Positions 12,790 to 26,969 are shown, counted from the first letter of the stretch. The stretch: DNA of 64,000 nt from Octopus vulgaris (GCA_951406725.2 OX597820.1:32364001-32428000), one strand, 5' to 3'. Numbers and translations: made by a program. The notes: generated from the sequence alone by a model not told the origin.

Positions 12790-15360
12790 TCGGGTCCAGT
12801 TCCAGCACATAGAAAGAATGTGAAACTGGCAGGAAAACATTTTTCTCAGACACAGGAAGATTCTAATGAGACGACGAGCAACAGTGGCAAATCGTATAAA
12901 TGACAGCGAAGAATCTTATCTCAAACGAGCAATGTTTCAGGTTGAAAATGAACTCAAATACTCCCTTGAAAAGGAGATGCAGAAAAAGAAGCCAGAACTG
13001 TAAAATATAATGAAAAGATAAACCCTGAAGTCTTCTGTAGATTCGCAAAACATCCGCTTCACTAGGATACAAGATAGAGCCAATGATCGAAGAAAATATC
13101 TCACTGTCTGCAGATCCTCTAAAAGCAAGGGAAATACTGAATGTACAATACATGAGCGTTTTCATATCGTTGTTGGGACACTTGATAATAAATATGTCGG
13201 ACAATTTCTTTGATTGTGCAGTTCTACATGAAAGGATATCAATTATTGATTACACCGAGATTTATAAAGGAAACTGACATAAAATCTGTCATTGAGGAAA
13301 TGAGCTTAAAATCAACCACTGTTCATGATGGATTACCAGTAATCCTCCTGAAAAATGCTATGGGTCCCTACTAAGACCACGGCAGATCCTCATCAAAAAC
13401 TTCCTTGCAAGTGGTTAGACATCTCAGAAAGTTAGAAGAAGACATACGCTCTCTCAATAAAAGAGGGAACCGAACAGATGTTAAATATTATACATCTTAC
13501 TCTCTAACCATGTATGTCAGCAAAGCCATGGAACGAATTGTCAGGAGGAAGATGGTCACGTTCCTAGATAATGACTTGCTTCCTGACACCCAGCCTGGCT
13601 TCCGCTCAGGAAGAAGCTGCATTCTGCCGCATTATGACTGGGTGTTGAAGCAACTTATGAATCATTCAAACGTGGATATGACATGCTTGGAATTTTGCAA
13701 AGGCTTTTAATAAGGTTGGTCACGAGATGATATGTCAGAAGCAACGCGGATTCGCCATTGTTGGAGAACTGGGAGAATAGTTACTTGACTTTTTAAATGA
13801 GAGAAATCAGGCAGTAGCAGCCAGTGAAATCCTATCCAAACAGACATTAATAGAAAGTGGGCTGCCTCAGGGATCTGTCTAAGCGTCGTTACTATTTGTG
13901 ATGGCTCTCTCCGACATGCCTTCACTTATGCGGACAGCCACTCTCATTAGCTATGCCGACGATACAAAAGTAGCACAAGCAGTCAAGAAACTCAGTGCCA
14001 ATCTTCTACAGAAAGATCTAGACGCCATATAGAAATGGACTGAAGAAAACGACATGCAATTTATTGAAGTAAAATTTGAAACCCTCCGTTCTCAGTCAGT
14101 TTGTGTTAAGGCGCCGCAGCAAAGACATTTTGGACCACAAAGAGCAGCAATCCCAGAGTCAAACACCGCGCATCCTGGGAATTGATTTGAGCAATGATAC
14201 TTCGTTTCTTGTACATACGAGGGGTTGCTAAAAAATTCCTGGCTTTAAGGGTATCGCGAAAGGTCTGGTTAGAGGCCCAACCTTCCTAATTCTTTTTCAG
14301 GGCTTAGAAAAAACTTTAAAAAATAAAGACCGTTGCAATAAGTGTGTGAATCTGAAAGGGGAATATGTTGAATAAAATCATTATTAACAGGTCCTCCAGC
14401 ATTTTATTTTACTCAAAGCCAAGAACTTTTCAGCACCCCCCTCGTATTACCAGGATAATGACAATGTTCAGGTGAATGGATTCTGATAACTTTCAAAAGA
14501 AGAGACCAGGAAACTGTACTGGTCCTATGGAGCACATTTCTCCTTAGCCATTATGCAAAAGGGGCAAAATTAAACTTTACTATACTTAAACCTAATAAAT
14601 TTTTCTCCTCAGTACAACTAACAAAATTATTTCTATACCCATTACTTTAAATTAAAAAGAAAATGATATACATATTAATATTAAACTCAACCACCTTTTA
14701 AAAAATAACTCACGTTTAATTCAATCAAAAATAATTTAAATAAAAATGTAAGTGAGACACATTACAACTATGTTAATTTTTGTATACATATAGTAAAACA
14801 TCGTCCAGAAACAATTTCCATTACTTCTACTATGTTACGACTTATCTTATTTAAACAACAAGAGTGACGGGCGATATGTACACTTTACAAAACCATATTC
14901 AACTGGTTACCTCACAGCGATTTAATTGCAGAATCGAGGCAGTTCAGTTGTGCTACACCAAGAAGATTGCATCAATGAATCAGTTGAGTAACGGAGAGAG
15001 GCAAAAAGAATTACTGCTTTACGCTCTGGAGCGAAGAAGGGAGAAATATGCAGTGATATACATATGGAAAATCTTTGACAACAAACTTGGCATCAGCCCT
15101 CGAACAAGGCACCACTACACTGTTCCAAAGGTCCAACCCATCCCGTCTAGAATAAGGAGGTACTGCAATAACCTGGGATTCAAAAGCCTGCAGATTTTTT
15201 AATATGTTGCCGAAAGAAAGTGGAGATACCTACATAGTGTAGGGGGAAGATATTTTCAAGAAGATATTTTCAAGAAGTTCTGCTGTCCAGGATCCCAGAT
15301 GAACATGCATCGCAGCAAGAAACTCACAAAAGATCAGTAATATCAAACTCCTGCCTGCAT
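12790..15360 (+). pseudogene. Decayed CR1-group LINE ORF2 (reverse transcriptase)
   Basis: Fragments SKAMERIVRRKM, QPGFRSGRSC, LEFCKGF (DFxKAFD), SGLPQGSV, SYADDTKV and LYALERRREKYAVIYIWKI; many stops and frameshifts; interrupted by insertions. Confidence 0.85.
14218..14444. mobile_element. Mariner-derived MITE inserted in the CR1 LINE
   Basis: TIRs CGAGGGGTTGCTAAAAAATTCCTGGCTTT / AAAGCCAAGAACTTTTCAGCACCCCCCTCG, with TA on both sides. Confidence 0.85.
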
Positions 15361-15483
15361 CAAAAGCTAACTCCCCCCACCAACAACCCCACCACCACCA
15401 ACAACAACAATGGTACGATGACGACGACGACGACCACTAGCACCAGCACCACAACCACGACCACCACCACCACGACGACGACG

Positions 15484-15545
<62 letters not shown>

Positions 15546-15829
15546 TTTGAGGAAATGAAGTGCTATAATCAACACTAGCGCAGTGTTTTTGTTATCGCTA
15601 AGTGCCGTATGTGTCAAGAGTGAACAGATGTTAAAGAATTCCGGAAGGATGCGATGAAGGGTTCAAGTCCACATATTTCTATAAAGCAAGAGCTGCAACA
15701 ACAATAATAACATTCACTAGCTCGACCCATTAACCTATTCTTTCAGTGTTTGTGTGGTGGTGGTGGTGGTTTTTGTCAGTAGTGGTAGCATTGGTAATGG
15801 TGATGGTTACAGTAGAGGTAGTGACAATA

Positions 15830-15934
15830 ACAGTAGTAGCAGCAGTAGTAGTAGTAGCAGTAGTAGTTGTAGTAGTAGCAGTAGTAGTAGCAGCAGTAGT
15901 AATAGTAGTAGTAGTAGTAGTAATAGTAGTAGGT

Positions 15935-15968
<34 letters not shown>

Positions 15969-15972
15969 CTGC

Positions 15973-16006
<34 letters not shown>

Positions 16007-16055
16007 AAAGTAGTAGTAGGTATTGTAGTAGTAGTGGTGGTGGTGGTGGTGGTGA
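15830..16055. repeat. (AGT)n/(GGT)n microsatellite
   Basis: Direct reading of the sequence. Confidence 0.95.
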
Positions 16056-16366
16056 TGAGGTCGGTGGCGGCCGGTGTTGTTTTTGTTTATGTTCTTAATA
16101 GCTGCAGCAATGGTCATGGTGTGGGTGCAGCCACCATCAAATACAATCAGCAGTTCCTAGGTTCAATCTCATAGAGTGAAATCTTGGTCACATATTTTAC
16201 CTCATCCCCAGGACGGCCCGAATCTTGTGCTTAAAAAAAGGTCGACCGAAACTTTTATGCTCGTCAAATAGACTGCACCTGTAATCCAAAGGTGGACTTT
16301 ACCACACATTGATTTTGCCTGAGAAATGCATTGAATGTACACGAATTACTCAACCAATACTTAAAC

Positions 16367-16897
16367 CTTTTCTACTCTAGGCACAAGGCCCGAAATTTTG
16401 GGGGAGAAGGCCAGTCGATTAGATCGACCCCAGGACGCAACTGGTACTTAATTTATCGATCCCGAAACGTGCTAACGTTTCTTAATTCTTTATTGCCCAC
16501 AAGGGGCTAAACATAGAGGGGACAAACAAGGACAGACAAAGGAATTAAGTCGATTACATCGACTGCAGTGCATAACTGGTACTTAATTTATCAACCCCGA
16601 AAGGCTGAAAGGCAGAGTCGACCTCGGCGGAATTTGAACTCAGAACGTAGCGGCAGACGAAATACTTATTTCTTTGCAACCCACAAGGGGCTAAACATAG
16701 AGTGGACAAATAAGGACAGATAAAGAGATTAAGTCGATTACATAGACCACAGTGCGTAACTGGTACTTAATTTATCGACCCCGAAAGGCTGAAAGGCAAA
16801 GTCGACCTCGGCGGTATTTGAACTCAGAACGTAGTGGCAGACGAAATACCGCTAAGCATTTCACCCGGCGTGCTAACGATTCTGCCAGCTCGCCGCC
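16367..16897 (-). mobile_element. SINE family A, multimeric copy
   Basis: One head followed by tandemly repeated body modules. Confidence 0.85.
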
Positions 16898-17751
16898 TCG
16901 GAATGTGTCAATGTTATATTCATTTTGGAATGGTTTGCAAGATACTTGATGTGAAATGGTCTGTTGAAACTGGTAGGGTACTATTTTGGGAAGGTCATGC
17001 TCTAATAAAACGCACGCACTGGTTATGTTTTACTTAATGTTTTTAAATGGTCAATCAGTTAGATAATTAATCAATTGAACTGGGCCCTACCTGCAAGGTC
17101 ATGCACTGTTCATATCACACACACATATGGTTGTGATGAATGAACCAATTGAACTGAGTCCCACCTGCAAGGTCGTGCGCCGTTAACCTGCATTGGTTAA
17201 TCGATTTATCTGTTAATATCTTTACGTCAAAGTATCTGACATACCTATGCGTTCCTCAAGCACCCTTTTTTCGGCACTTGTTGTGTGATTACTGTTATAC
17301 ACGCACACATATACATTTGCATGCATATATGATCTATGTATCATGATGTAAATACATCACTGTAAAGCAAATTTACTGCAACATTCGTCCAGTGATAGCA
17401 TCTCTTATGGAGATGTTAAGTTTAAAAACTGCTTTGGAGACAAAATATATACCGGAGGGACATCAAGATCGTTCTAGCAGTATCTAGCAAGAGTGCCAGG
17501 TGCATTTTGGCCTCGTTGAGCTTTATCAAAGGCGCATACTCACAGTCAATAGCTTATCTAGGCGAGATTTGTCGCTTCCGAAAGCAATGAAAATCATTCA
17601 CTGATATTGCGAATAGTTGCCCTGGGTGAATAAAAATCCGTTATATGCATTATAATACATAAATGGTTACTTTAACCAAATACTACTTCTTTGCATATAA
17701 CGCAGGCACGCGTGTACACACACACGCACGTATATATTCATATACTTATGC

Positions 17752-17825
<74 letters not shown>

Positions 17826-18341
17826 CAAACATACATCTTCTAGAGGTGAAGATAATTTTGGTAAGTCAAGAATTTATGTTGTATGATATTTGATATATCT
17901 GTATTCATGCATGGTAGTCAAATAGATGCCACTGGCCACTCAAGTTAGCTAACTTTTGTTTTCAACACACATACGCACGCACGCACACACACACACACAC
18001 AAACATACACACACGCGCACACATATACATGCGTGTGCCTGTGTGCAGGAATGTTTTACACAAATATTAGTTTTTTTGGTTAATAGACAAAAGCTGCCGT
18101 GGTCGTTGTTGCTATTGTTATTGTTGTTGCTCCCATCGTTGTAGTTGATATTACTGTTGTCATTGCTGTTGATGTTGGCAGTCGTTATTAATGTTGTTAC
18201 TGGTCTAATTTTTGTTTTTGTTTGTCAGGCAGGAACACAGTGTCTACTATCCTTTACAAAGGCCTCTGAGACTGTTGTGAGAAAGAAAGAAAGATACCTT
18301 CAAAGCAAAGGCATATCCCAAATGCTTACAACTAAACGAAG

Positions 18342-18655
18342 AGTAGACCCCCGTCAGTCATGAATGACCGTGGGATTGCACCTAGAATATTACCCTCTCA
18401 GGTACAAGTCCGGACAAGTTTGTTCAATGAAGACCATGCATAACAGCTTCCCCTCTCCACGTCTCTGATGTTATCCAAGTGAAAGACAAAGGCCAATACA
18501 ACTCACAGCTCATTGGAGTAACATTGAGTTAACTGGAGTAACGTGAAATGAAGTGTTTTGCTCAAGAACACAACGCAAAGCCCGGTCTGAGAATCGAACT
18601 CACAACCTCAAGATTGTAAGCCCGATGCTCTAACCACTTGAGCTATGTGCCTTCG
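18342..18655 (-). mobile_element. tRNA-derived SINE family C
   Basis: tRNA-like head at 18575-18655 (AGTGGTTAGAGC..GAGTTCGATTC on minus). Body shared with 23830-24077; head shared with 35020-35340. Confidence 0.75.
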
Positions 18656-18694
18656 CAGCTGAGTAAGGTTCACTAAAGGCACCCAAGAAAAATA

Positions 18695-19650
18695 TTGGGT
18701 TGGCAACTAAATTCCTGCCTTTTTTTAAAATTTTGGAATTAATTGCGTTTTTAAATTTTGGAATCTATTTTTTTAGAGAATTCTATTTTTGAATCATTTT
18801 GGGATCTATTTTTTTTCTAGTTAATTATAGTTAATTTTTGTTCATTTTCAGATCATTAAAATGGAATGTCAAATTAAGAAAAACGAGCATTTTCGCCACC
18901 TTCTTTTTGCCTTTAATGAAGGTTCTAAGGCCGCAAAAGCTGCTCGCGACATTTGCGGTGTGTATGTAGAGGGTGCCATAGCTGAAAGAACCGCTTGTAA
19001 TCGGTATGTCAAGTTCAAAAATGGAAATTTTGATTCAAAGACGCATCTCAAAGGCCGACTAGCTGAGTTCAATGAAGAGCAATTAAACCAACTTCTGCAC
19101 GAAAACTATCGTGAAACCACCGCGTAAAACGATGTTGTACGTATGGAGGGACTGGGAAGGGATTATTCATTACGAATTGCTTGAACGGAACCAAACGGTC
19201 AACGCGGAACAGATGGAACGACTCAACACGGCTATTTAAGAGAAAAGACCTAATCGGCAGCATGGAGTTCTGCTGCACGACAACATCCGCCCTCATATCG
19301 CCAATATGACCAAGGAAGCCATTCAGACGTACGGCTGGGAAGTGCTGCCATACTCGCCGTACTCTCCTGATTTGGCACCAACCGATTTCCACCTCTTTCG
19401 ATCTCTTTCAAATGTTATGCGTGGAGTTTCGTTCAATACTGATGCAGAATTGAGAGCTTGGTTGGATCAATTTTCGAGTCGAAATCGAGTGATTTCTACC
19501 AACGAGGTATTGAAAATCTTGTTGAACGTTGGGAAGAAGTTGTAAACAACAAGGGTGAATATATTATTGATTAATTAGTTGTTATTTTTTTATGAAACCT
19601 TTAAAAAATTTAAATAAAAAAAAACCGCGGAAACTTAGTTGCCAACCCAA
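18695..19650 (+). mobile_element. Internally deleted mariner transposon (mellifera-like)
   Basis: TIRs TTGGGTTGGCAACTAA / TTAGTTGCCAACCCAA with TA TSD; transposase remnants EHFRHLLFAF, VLLHDN and PYSPDLAPTDFHLFRSL. Confidence 0.92.
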
Positions 19651-20010
19651 TAAATGGTGATGTTAAACCGAAGACAGATAAGTTCTACCACCCACTTTGT
19701 GGACCATCGTAGGATTTGAAATCAGAACGCAAAGAACCGAAAAAATACCCGGAAAAAATACGTCTCTCCGCATCCACCATCTTAGATTTGTACTTTTTAA
19801 TTGTTCCCTGAAAAATAAATTGCACTACTGACCTTGGGAGGATTTGAACTCGAAGCGCAAAGAGTTAGAACAATTACCGCGATACATTTTATCAGGTTCT
19901 GCAGCGACTTTCTGAACTCGTTGTCTATTGTTCTTGCTCTTCTCGTTATTATTGTTGTCATTTGGTGCGTGCGTGCGCGCGTGCATACGTGCGTACATGT
20001 ATGTATGTGT

Positions 20011-20050
<40 letters not shown>

Positions 20051-20359
20051 ATCCTTGAGTGTGACCGCTCCCAGACGCCGACATGGTAAATATCAATCAA
20101 AAATGATAAATACTGTGGGTTGATTTGCTTACATATGCCCCTCAATGTGGTGCCCCAGCATGGCCGCTGATCAATGACTGAAGAACAAGTCATGCGACTA
20201 AGAGAATACAGGAATAGAAGAATATTCTAAACCGAACACAACAATAATTATTAGGAACTCACAAATAAACAATGGGAGTGAACGTACGCCACTAGTTTGT
20301 TGGGATTCTTTTATAAGCTTCAGAAAAGGGGCACTTATATAGCTCAAGCCCTATATTAG

Positions 20360-20511
20360 ACACGGGCCACGTTTTTCAAGAAATGGGCCGCATGAGACAT
20401 AACACCTCATCAATTGGGCCCTACTACAAAATCTTTAATAAACTTTATTTTCCTCGTAAGATTAGGCCTGCCATTCAAAAAGTCCCTTGGGTCGCAGTTT
20501 GCTTATGCCTG
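20360..20511. mobile_element. hAT (Charlie-like) MITE remnant
   Basis: Right end GGGTCGCAGTTTGCTTATGCCTG resembles hAT-Charlie TIRs; left end not found. Confidence 0.4.
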
Positions 20512-20938
20512 CCCTAAATCATGCATTTAATTTCGTGTTTTTCTGGGGTTTTTTTTTTTTCATTTTAAAGATGTTGCCTTTTATTGATGTTGTTCTTGTT
20601 GCCGTGTTGAGATAAGATCTCTTGTTGTTGATGTTGTTTCTATCGTCGTTCGTCGCTGTTGTTGTTGTTGCTGTTGTTGTTGTTGCTGTTGTTGTTGTTA
20701 TCGCAGTCCATTAAACCGACATCGTCATATTAAAGGTACTTATTTTATCGGTACTCCAACAGTACTTCCACCATCACCACCACCGCCACCATTACCCCCT
20801 ACCGCCGCCTCCACCAACGCCACCACCACCACAATTTACCACTACTACTACTACTGTAGCCGTTACTAGTGCGGATGCACTATTAATCGAGGAAAAAAAA
20901 GAAAGAAAGAAGGAAAGAAAGAAAGGAAAAGATAAATC

Positions 20939-21048
<110 letters not shown>

Positions 21049-21052
21049 GTGA

Positions 21053-21084
<32 letters not shown>

Positions 21085-21217
21085 AGCAGGAAGGAAAAAA
21101 GAAAGAAAGTAGGAAAGAAGGAAGGAAATGAAGAAAGATGGAAAGAAAGGTTACGAAGGAAGAGAAGAAATAGAAAGAAAAAAAAAACAAAGGTAGAGAG
21201 AAATAAATAAATTTCTC

Positions 21218-21437
21218 TTCATATTGATTTCAAGTTTTGGCACAAGGCCACAAATTCGGAGGAGGGTGTTAGTAGATTAGATTGACCCCAGTGTGTAACT
21301 GGTACTTATTTTATTGACCCAGAGAGGATGAAAGGAAAAGTTGACCTCAGCGGAATTTGAACTCAGAATATTAAGAATGCTTAAATGCAGCCAGGCATTT
21401 TGTCCGGCGTGCTAACCATTCGGCCGGTTTGCTGCCT
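21218..21437 (-). mobile_element. SINE family A, diverged
   Basis: Matches 2688-2915 and the 3' module of 16367-16897. Confidence 0.75.
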
Positions 21438-21619
21438 TAATTTCTGTTCATATTTGTAAACAGAGCGGAATGTTAATGCCACTGTTTCAATAACTTGTCG
21501 CTGCCGGAAGTAAGATTATCTACTTCCGGAAAAAGAAAGGAAAAGAAGTAGAAAAACAAACATCAACAACAACGGCGACGGCGAGAGTAGTGAAAGACTA
21601 GCAAGGAGTAAGGTGGGAG

Positions 21620-21621
21620 GT

Positions 21622-21666
<45 letters not shown>

Positions 21667-21761
21667 GAGTGCCAGAAAGAGAGAGAGACACACACACACA
21701 CAGTAACAGAGCGAAGGAGAGAGAGAGATAGTGACAGAGGGGCAGGCACACATGCAGTGAC

Positions 21762-21795
<34 letters not shown>

Positions 21796-21947
21796 TTACA
21801 CAGTGACAGAGAGACAGTGAAAGACACAGTTGCAGAGAGGGAGAGAGGGAGAGAGAGAGAGTGACATAGTCAGAGAGGAAGAGAGAGCGAGAGAGAGAGA
21901 GAGAGAAGCAGAGAAAGAGAGAGTCAGTGAGGGAGAGAGAGCGAGAT

Positions 21948-21982
<35 letters not shown>

Positions 21983-22144
21983 AAGAGAGAGAAAGAATGA
22001 AAGAAAGGAGAGAGAAAAAGCATACGTTGCAGAAAGAAAAAGAGAGAAAAGAAAAGAGAGAAAAGTCAGAAAGGAGAGGAAGAAAAGAGATCGGGAGAAT
22101 GAAAGAGAAGCAGCGAAAGACGAGAGGGAGAGAGAGAGGGAGAC

Positions 22145-22192
<48 letters not shown>

Positions 22193-22200
22193 CGAGAGAA
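21620..22200. repeat. (GA)n-rich polypurine tract
   Basis: Direct reading of the sequence. Confidence 0.95.
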
Positions 22201-22583
22201 TTGTTTTGTAGCTATTTTATTCTTTTTTTGTTATCCCCCCCCCCCCAAGCGTTTCTCTTGGGGGGGGGGATATTGTTTTATTGTTTTATTTTGACTTTAG
22301 TTTGGGTTTTGTTTTGTTTCTTCATTTTTTTATTTATTTATTTATTTATTTTCTTTTTTCCCCTAATCCTCTTGACGTCACTCTATCCGTTTCAGCTTCA
22401 ATCTGGAATGCGGATTTTTATAATGTTGGACAGATTGACGGAAAATAAAGAACTGATAATGAAACACAAACTTGACCAGTCAGTTGTTGAATGTTGAATA
22501 AAATAAATAAAATAATTAAATAAATAAATAAACAAACAACAACAACAACAACAACAACAATAATAATGATGATGATGATGATG

Positions 22584-22626
<43 letters not shown>

Positions 22627-22646
22627 TGATAATGATGATAATAATG

Positions 22647-22710
<64 letters not shown>

Positions 22711-22732
22711 CAACAACAACAACAACAACAAC

Positions 22733-22771
<39 letters not shown>

Positions 22772-22778
22772 CAACAAC

Positions 22779-22846
<68 letters not shown>

Positions 22847-22848
<2 letters not shown>

Positions 22849-23402
22849 GCCCTGATGCAGTACCAGGCAGTGGCTCTCATGGCTTCTGATCTTAACTGAT
22901 TGGAAGTGTTATCATGTACATTGTTTTGTCTTGGTATAAAAGATGGGCTACAGCAAATATTCTGCTCAATACCACAGATTTGCTTGTCAGTTGTTTGACC
23001 TTAACCAGTTGAGCATGTCCCTTAGTGGCTGACGATATGTGCATCTCTGATCACGAGCAGAAGTAGTGGGTGAGCATCATAGCCATGTGTTGAGAGGGAT
23101 TCTTTGGGGTTTGAATAGTTCACCTCTGGAAACATGGGTGGTTCTTTCAACATCCTTAAACAACCCTTATTCAGGGACCGTTTGAGCAGGATGGGCTACT
23201 CAAAATGAAGAAAATTCTAACTGGGCCCCACCTGCAAGGTCATGTGCTGTTTATCTTGATATGAGATCACCATGTCGCGCACATATGGTTGTGATGCATG
23301 TGCCTGGTGTACCTTTATCAGACGGGTAGTCATGATGGGTATATTGGGCTTCGTATATTTTACCCCAGTGTCACTTTGATGGCATGAACTGCTCTCTCAC
23401 TC
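22847..23402 (+). mobile_element. 556-bp non-coding element embedded in (TAA)n
   Basis: Near-identical, same-length copy at 40168-40723 (minus). Both are bounded by (TAA)n. No TIR, tRNA head or long ORF seen. Confidence 0.85.
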
Positions 23403-23439
23403 AATAATAATAATAATAATAATGATGATGATGATGATG

Positions 23440-23491
<52 letters not shown>

Positions 23492-23502
23492 TGATGATGA
23501 TG

Positions 23503-23546
<44 letters not shown>

Positions 23547-23649
23547 TAAGTACCAGTTACGCACTGGGTTCCATGTAATCGACTTAATCCGTTTGTCTGT
23601 CCTTGTTTGTCCCCTCTGTGTTTAGCCCTTTGTGGGTAGTAAAGAAATA

Positions 23650-23718
<69 letters not shown>

Positions 23719-23829
23719 CTTAGTAATCTTTTCTTTATTGACCACAAGGGCCAAACATAAAACAAATAGGGGACGATACGACGCTAGTGACAAATAGGGG
23801 TTACGCACAATATTCATGTACAATATAAA

Positions 23830-24077
23830 TAGGAGACCCCTTCGGTCATGACTGACCATGAGATTGCACCTAAAAAGTTACCCTCCGAAGCACAAGTCCG
23901 AGCAAGGTTGTTTTTATGGAAGACCAACAGTTGCCCATGCATACCAGCCTCCCCTCTGCACACCACTGATGTTATCCAAGGGAAAAGCAAAGGCCGACAC
24001 AGCTTGGCACCAGGAATCGAACTCATAGCATCACGATCGTATGCTCGACGCTCTAACCTCTGGGCCACGCGCCTTCA
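23830..24077 (-). mobile_element. SINE family C
   Basis: Head GAAGGCGCGTGGCCCAGAGGTTAGAGCG..GAGTTCGATTCC; body similar to 18342-18655. Confidence 0.75.
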
Positions 24078-24106
24078 AAACAAACAACAAAACAACAACA
24101 AAATTT

Positions 24107-25020
24107 GAACAATAAAAGTGGGGAGTTCTTCGCGGGGCCAACCAAGGAACCCCACACATCTTGGCCACCCCGACCGCCAAGGGCACCTCAGACAGGCATT
24201 TTACTCCCTCCCGATTCCTCCAGCCTCAGCAGTAAAGGCTAAAAGGAGGAGAGAGGGCACCCTTGACAAACCGATCGGGAGATCTGAAACGGTTCCGGGG
24301 TGGCCATTAACTTTGACTACCGAGCAGATTCCGGTGTGCTTTGCAGCGATCCAACTTCTGAAGACAGGGCTGAAGCCAGCTGCCTTGAGGACTAACCTCT
24401 TCGCTAACTCCTTGGCCAAAATGTAAAACTCTGTGTTGAGCAGAGTTATGGGCCTGAAGTTATCGAATGTGTTACTCTTGCTTTCACCTTTCCATATCAG
24501 CACTCCCCCAACAACCGAGCAAAGTGCTGGTTTTTGCACCCCTGCTTCTATCAGCTATTCCCACACAATCCCAGCGTGCGTCTAAGTTTCCGACACAGTT
24601 CCCCACTAACAGTAAAGGACGAGGCGTACCCAGAAAGGCTATCAGACACTTAAAGAAATCAGCCATTTGGCTTCGGTGGGAATGTAGACGGCCACCAGTC
24701 TAAAGGCACCATTTTTGCTATTGCTCACGTCTGGGACCACAAACATACCGTCCGGGTCGCAGAAGATCGGCCTTACCTCGAGATCCAGGCCTTTCCTAAA
24801 CAGCACTGCTACTCCACCTCCTATTCCTGGCCGACTAACAGATACAAAGATCTGGTAGTTGCCGAAAATGGGGGCTAGTGCGCATGTGATGGAAATCCTG
24901 GTCTTGCTGACAGCAATTACATCCAATTCTAAAGACCTGAGGTCTTTCAGCAGGCCACTCTGCTTCTAGAGCGCTCCTGGGCTTCGAGCATTTCAACGTC
25001 CTACTCTTAATATGACCACG
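24107..25020 (-). pseudogene. Heavily deleted L1/Tx1-type LINE ORF2 (APE endonuclease plus RT)
   Basis: DVIAVSKT, GGGVAVLFRK, FRLVAVYIP, LLLVGN (APE); NFRPITLLNTEFYILAK and GFSPVFRSWI (RT). Upstream 25020-25480 may be an ORF1 remnant. Confidence 0.85.
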
Positions 25021-26420
25021 TTGGTAAGCTAAAAAGACAGAGGTAGGGTTTACTTGTCTTCAGGTGTCTTGTGATGGTCAGGTGGTTCTACTTCCACAAT
25101 TGGTGTGAGTTTTTTTTGGAACCCCTTTAAAAGTCTCGATGTGGATTTCACGTTCGGGTTTCCCAAGCCCTGAGGAAAGATCTCTGGAATTCCTTTGTAG
25201 AAATCAAGTGACATTCGCACTGAAGCAAATCTTCTGGTACGCGAAATGTGCTAGATTTAAAAGTCGCCTCTTCTGTTTGAATTTCTTTGCTTTGTGTTAC
25301 AAGGGCCATGAATTCCTTGATGGCCCTTTTGATAAGCACAAAGTTGCGTATGTTTTGTTAGTACAGTTTTACTTGTTTGCTTGACTGTGGTGGTGATGGT
25401 TTTGTTTGTGTTGTTTCAGTTTTGTCTGAAGGGAAAGTAGAGGTTCAAATATGTTGACTTACACCGAGGAACCTCTACGGGGCCCGTTAGTTTTAATTAA
25501 AATTAATTAAATGTGGAGAGCATTCTTTTTTTATGAATTACAGAGAAATATCACTGCGCTTATATTGTGAGTTCAGACTCCACTGAGGTCAGCCCCACCA
25601 TACGCTCACATCACAACCCAACCTGCTGATTCTGGGTCTAAAAAGAAACATTATTATTTGGTGGCAGGCTCTCAAAATCATTTGAGCGTTGCGGTATTTT
25701 TCTGGCCCTTTGTATTCCTAGTTCAAATCTCGCCGTATTCATAAATCGGAATTTATCATCTCTTTCAGGTTTTTCCACCGTCGACCACGGAAAAATGCAA
25801 TGTAAAGTTGGCATCGGTGATATCTGAACTCACAGTGCAAATAGTTGAAACAAATACCGCATGATATATAATCCGATGTTCTAACCATTCAGCCATCTCA
25901 CTGCCTATGCACTTTTCTCTCCATTGCATCCACATACACGTTTCTGTATAAGACAAAGTCACATTTCTGCATACAGTTATTGGACAGTAGATGCTATGCA
26001 TTTCATATTCCTCATAAATATCAAATGAAATGATTCAAGAATGCTAAACTGAAATGAGAATTACTTTATTAAGTGAAACAGAAATGCATTTTATTTAAAG
26101 GAAAACACCCTTCAATTTCACTCCACCCAAAGTTTTTCCCTTTGTGAGTTGGCCTGTTGCGTATGACTTATGTGACCTACGTTTACGAAAGGAACAGTTT
26201 CTTTCCGATCATGAATATTTCGAATACATCTTTTTTTCATTACAAATCAGTTTTTGACGTAGGATCGATAGAGACACCGCGAAACTGCGAGTAGCAGCAA
26301 AAAACTTCGACTGAGTAAACATTATTAAACTCTATACATAATTTTGACGACTTTTAGTTCATAATTATGTTACACAACGTCTGTTTGTCTGTCTGTCTGT
26401 CTGTCTGAATCTCTGTCTGT

Positions 26421-26499
<79 letters not shown>

Positions 26500-26822
26500 G
26501 CTAGCTAGCTAGCTAGCTAGCTAGCTAGCTAGCTATTTATATGCACATACACACACACACATTTTTCAATGTGAGTGAATATATAATATATAATATGGTG
26601 TCAGTGTATATGCATAGCCATATCTATCCATACACACGTCCACACACATTTATATGTATATACATATGCATATACGCACATCTATTAATGAATAAATATT
26701 ATTATTACAACCTACACATGATTTTGAAAACTTTTGGCTCATAATTATTTTACGTATATCTATCTGTCTGTCTCTATCTGTTTGTCTGTCTGTCTATCTG
26801 TCTGTCTCTATCTGTTTGTCTG

Positions 26823-26859
<37 letters not shown>

Positions 26860-26860
26860 A

Positions 26861-26969
<109 letters not shown>

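Noticed and set aside
14555-14900. AT-rich insertion within the CR1 relic
   Set aside because: It clearly interrupts the LINE, but I found no termini, TSD or motif to classify it.
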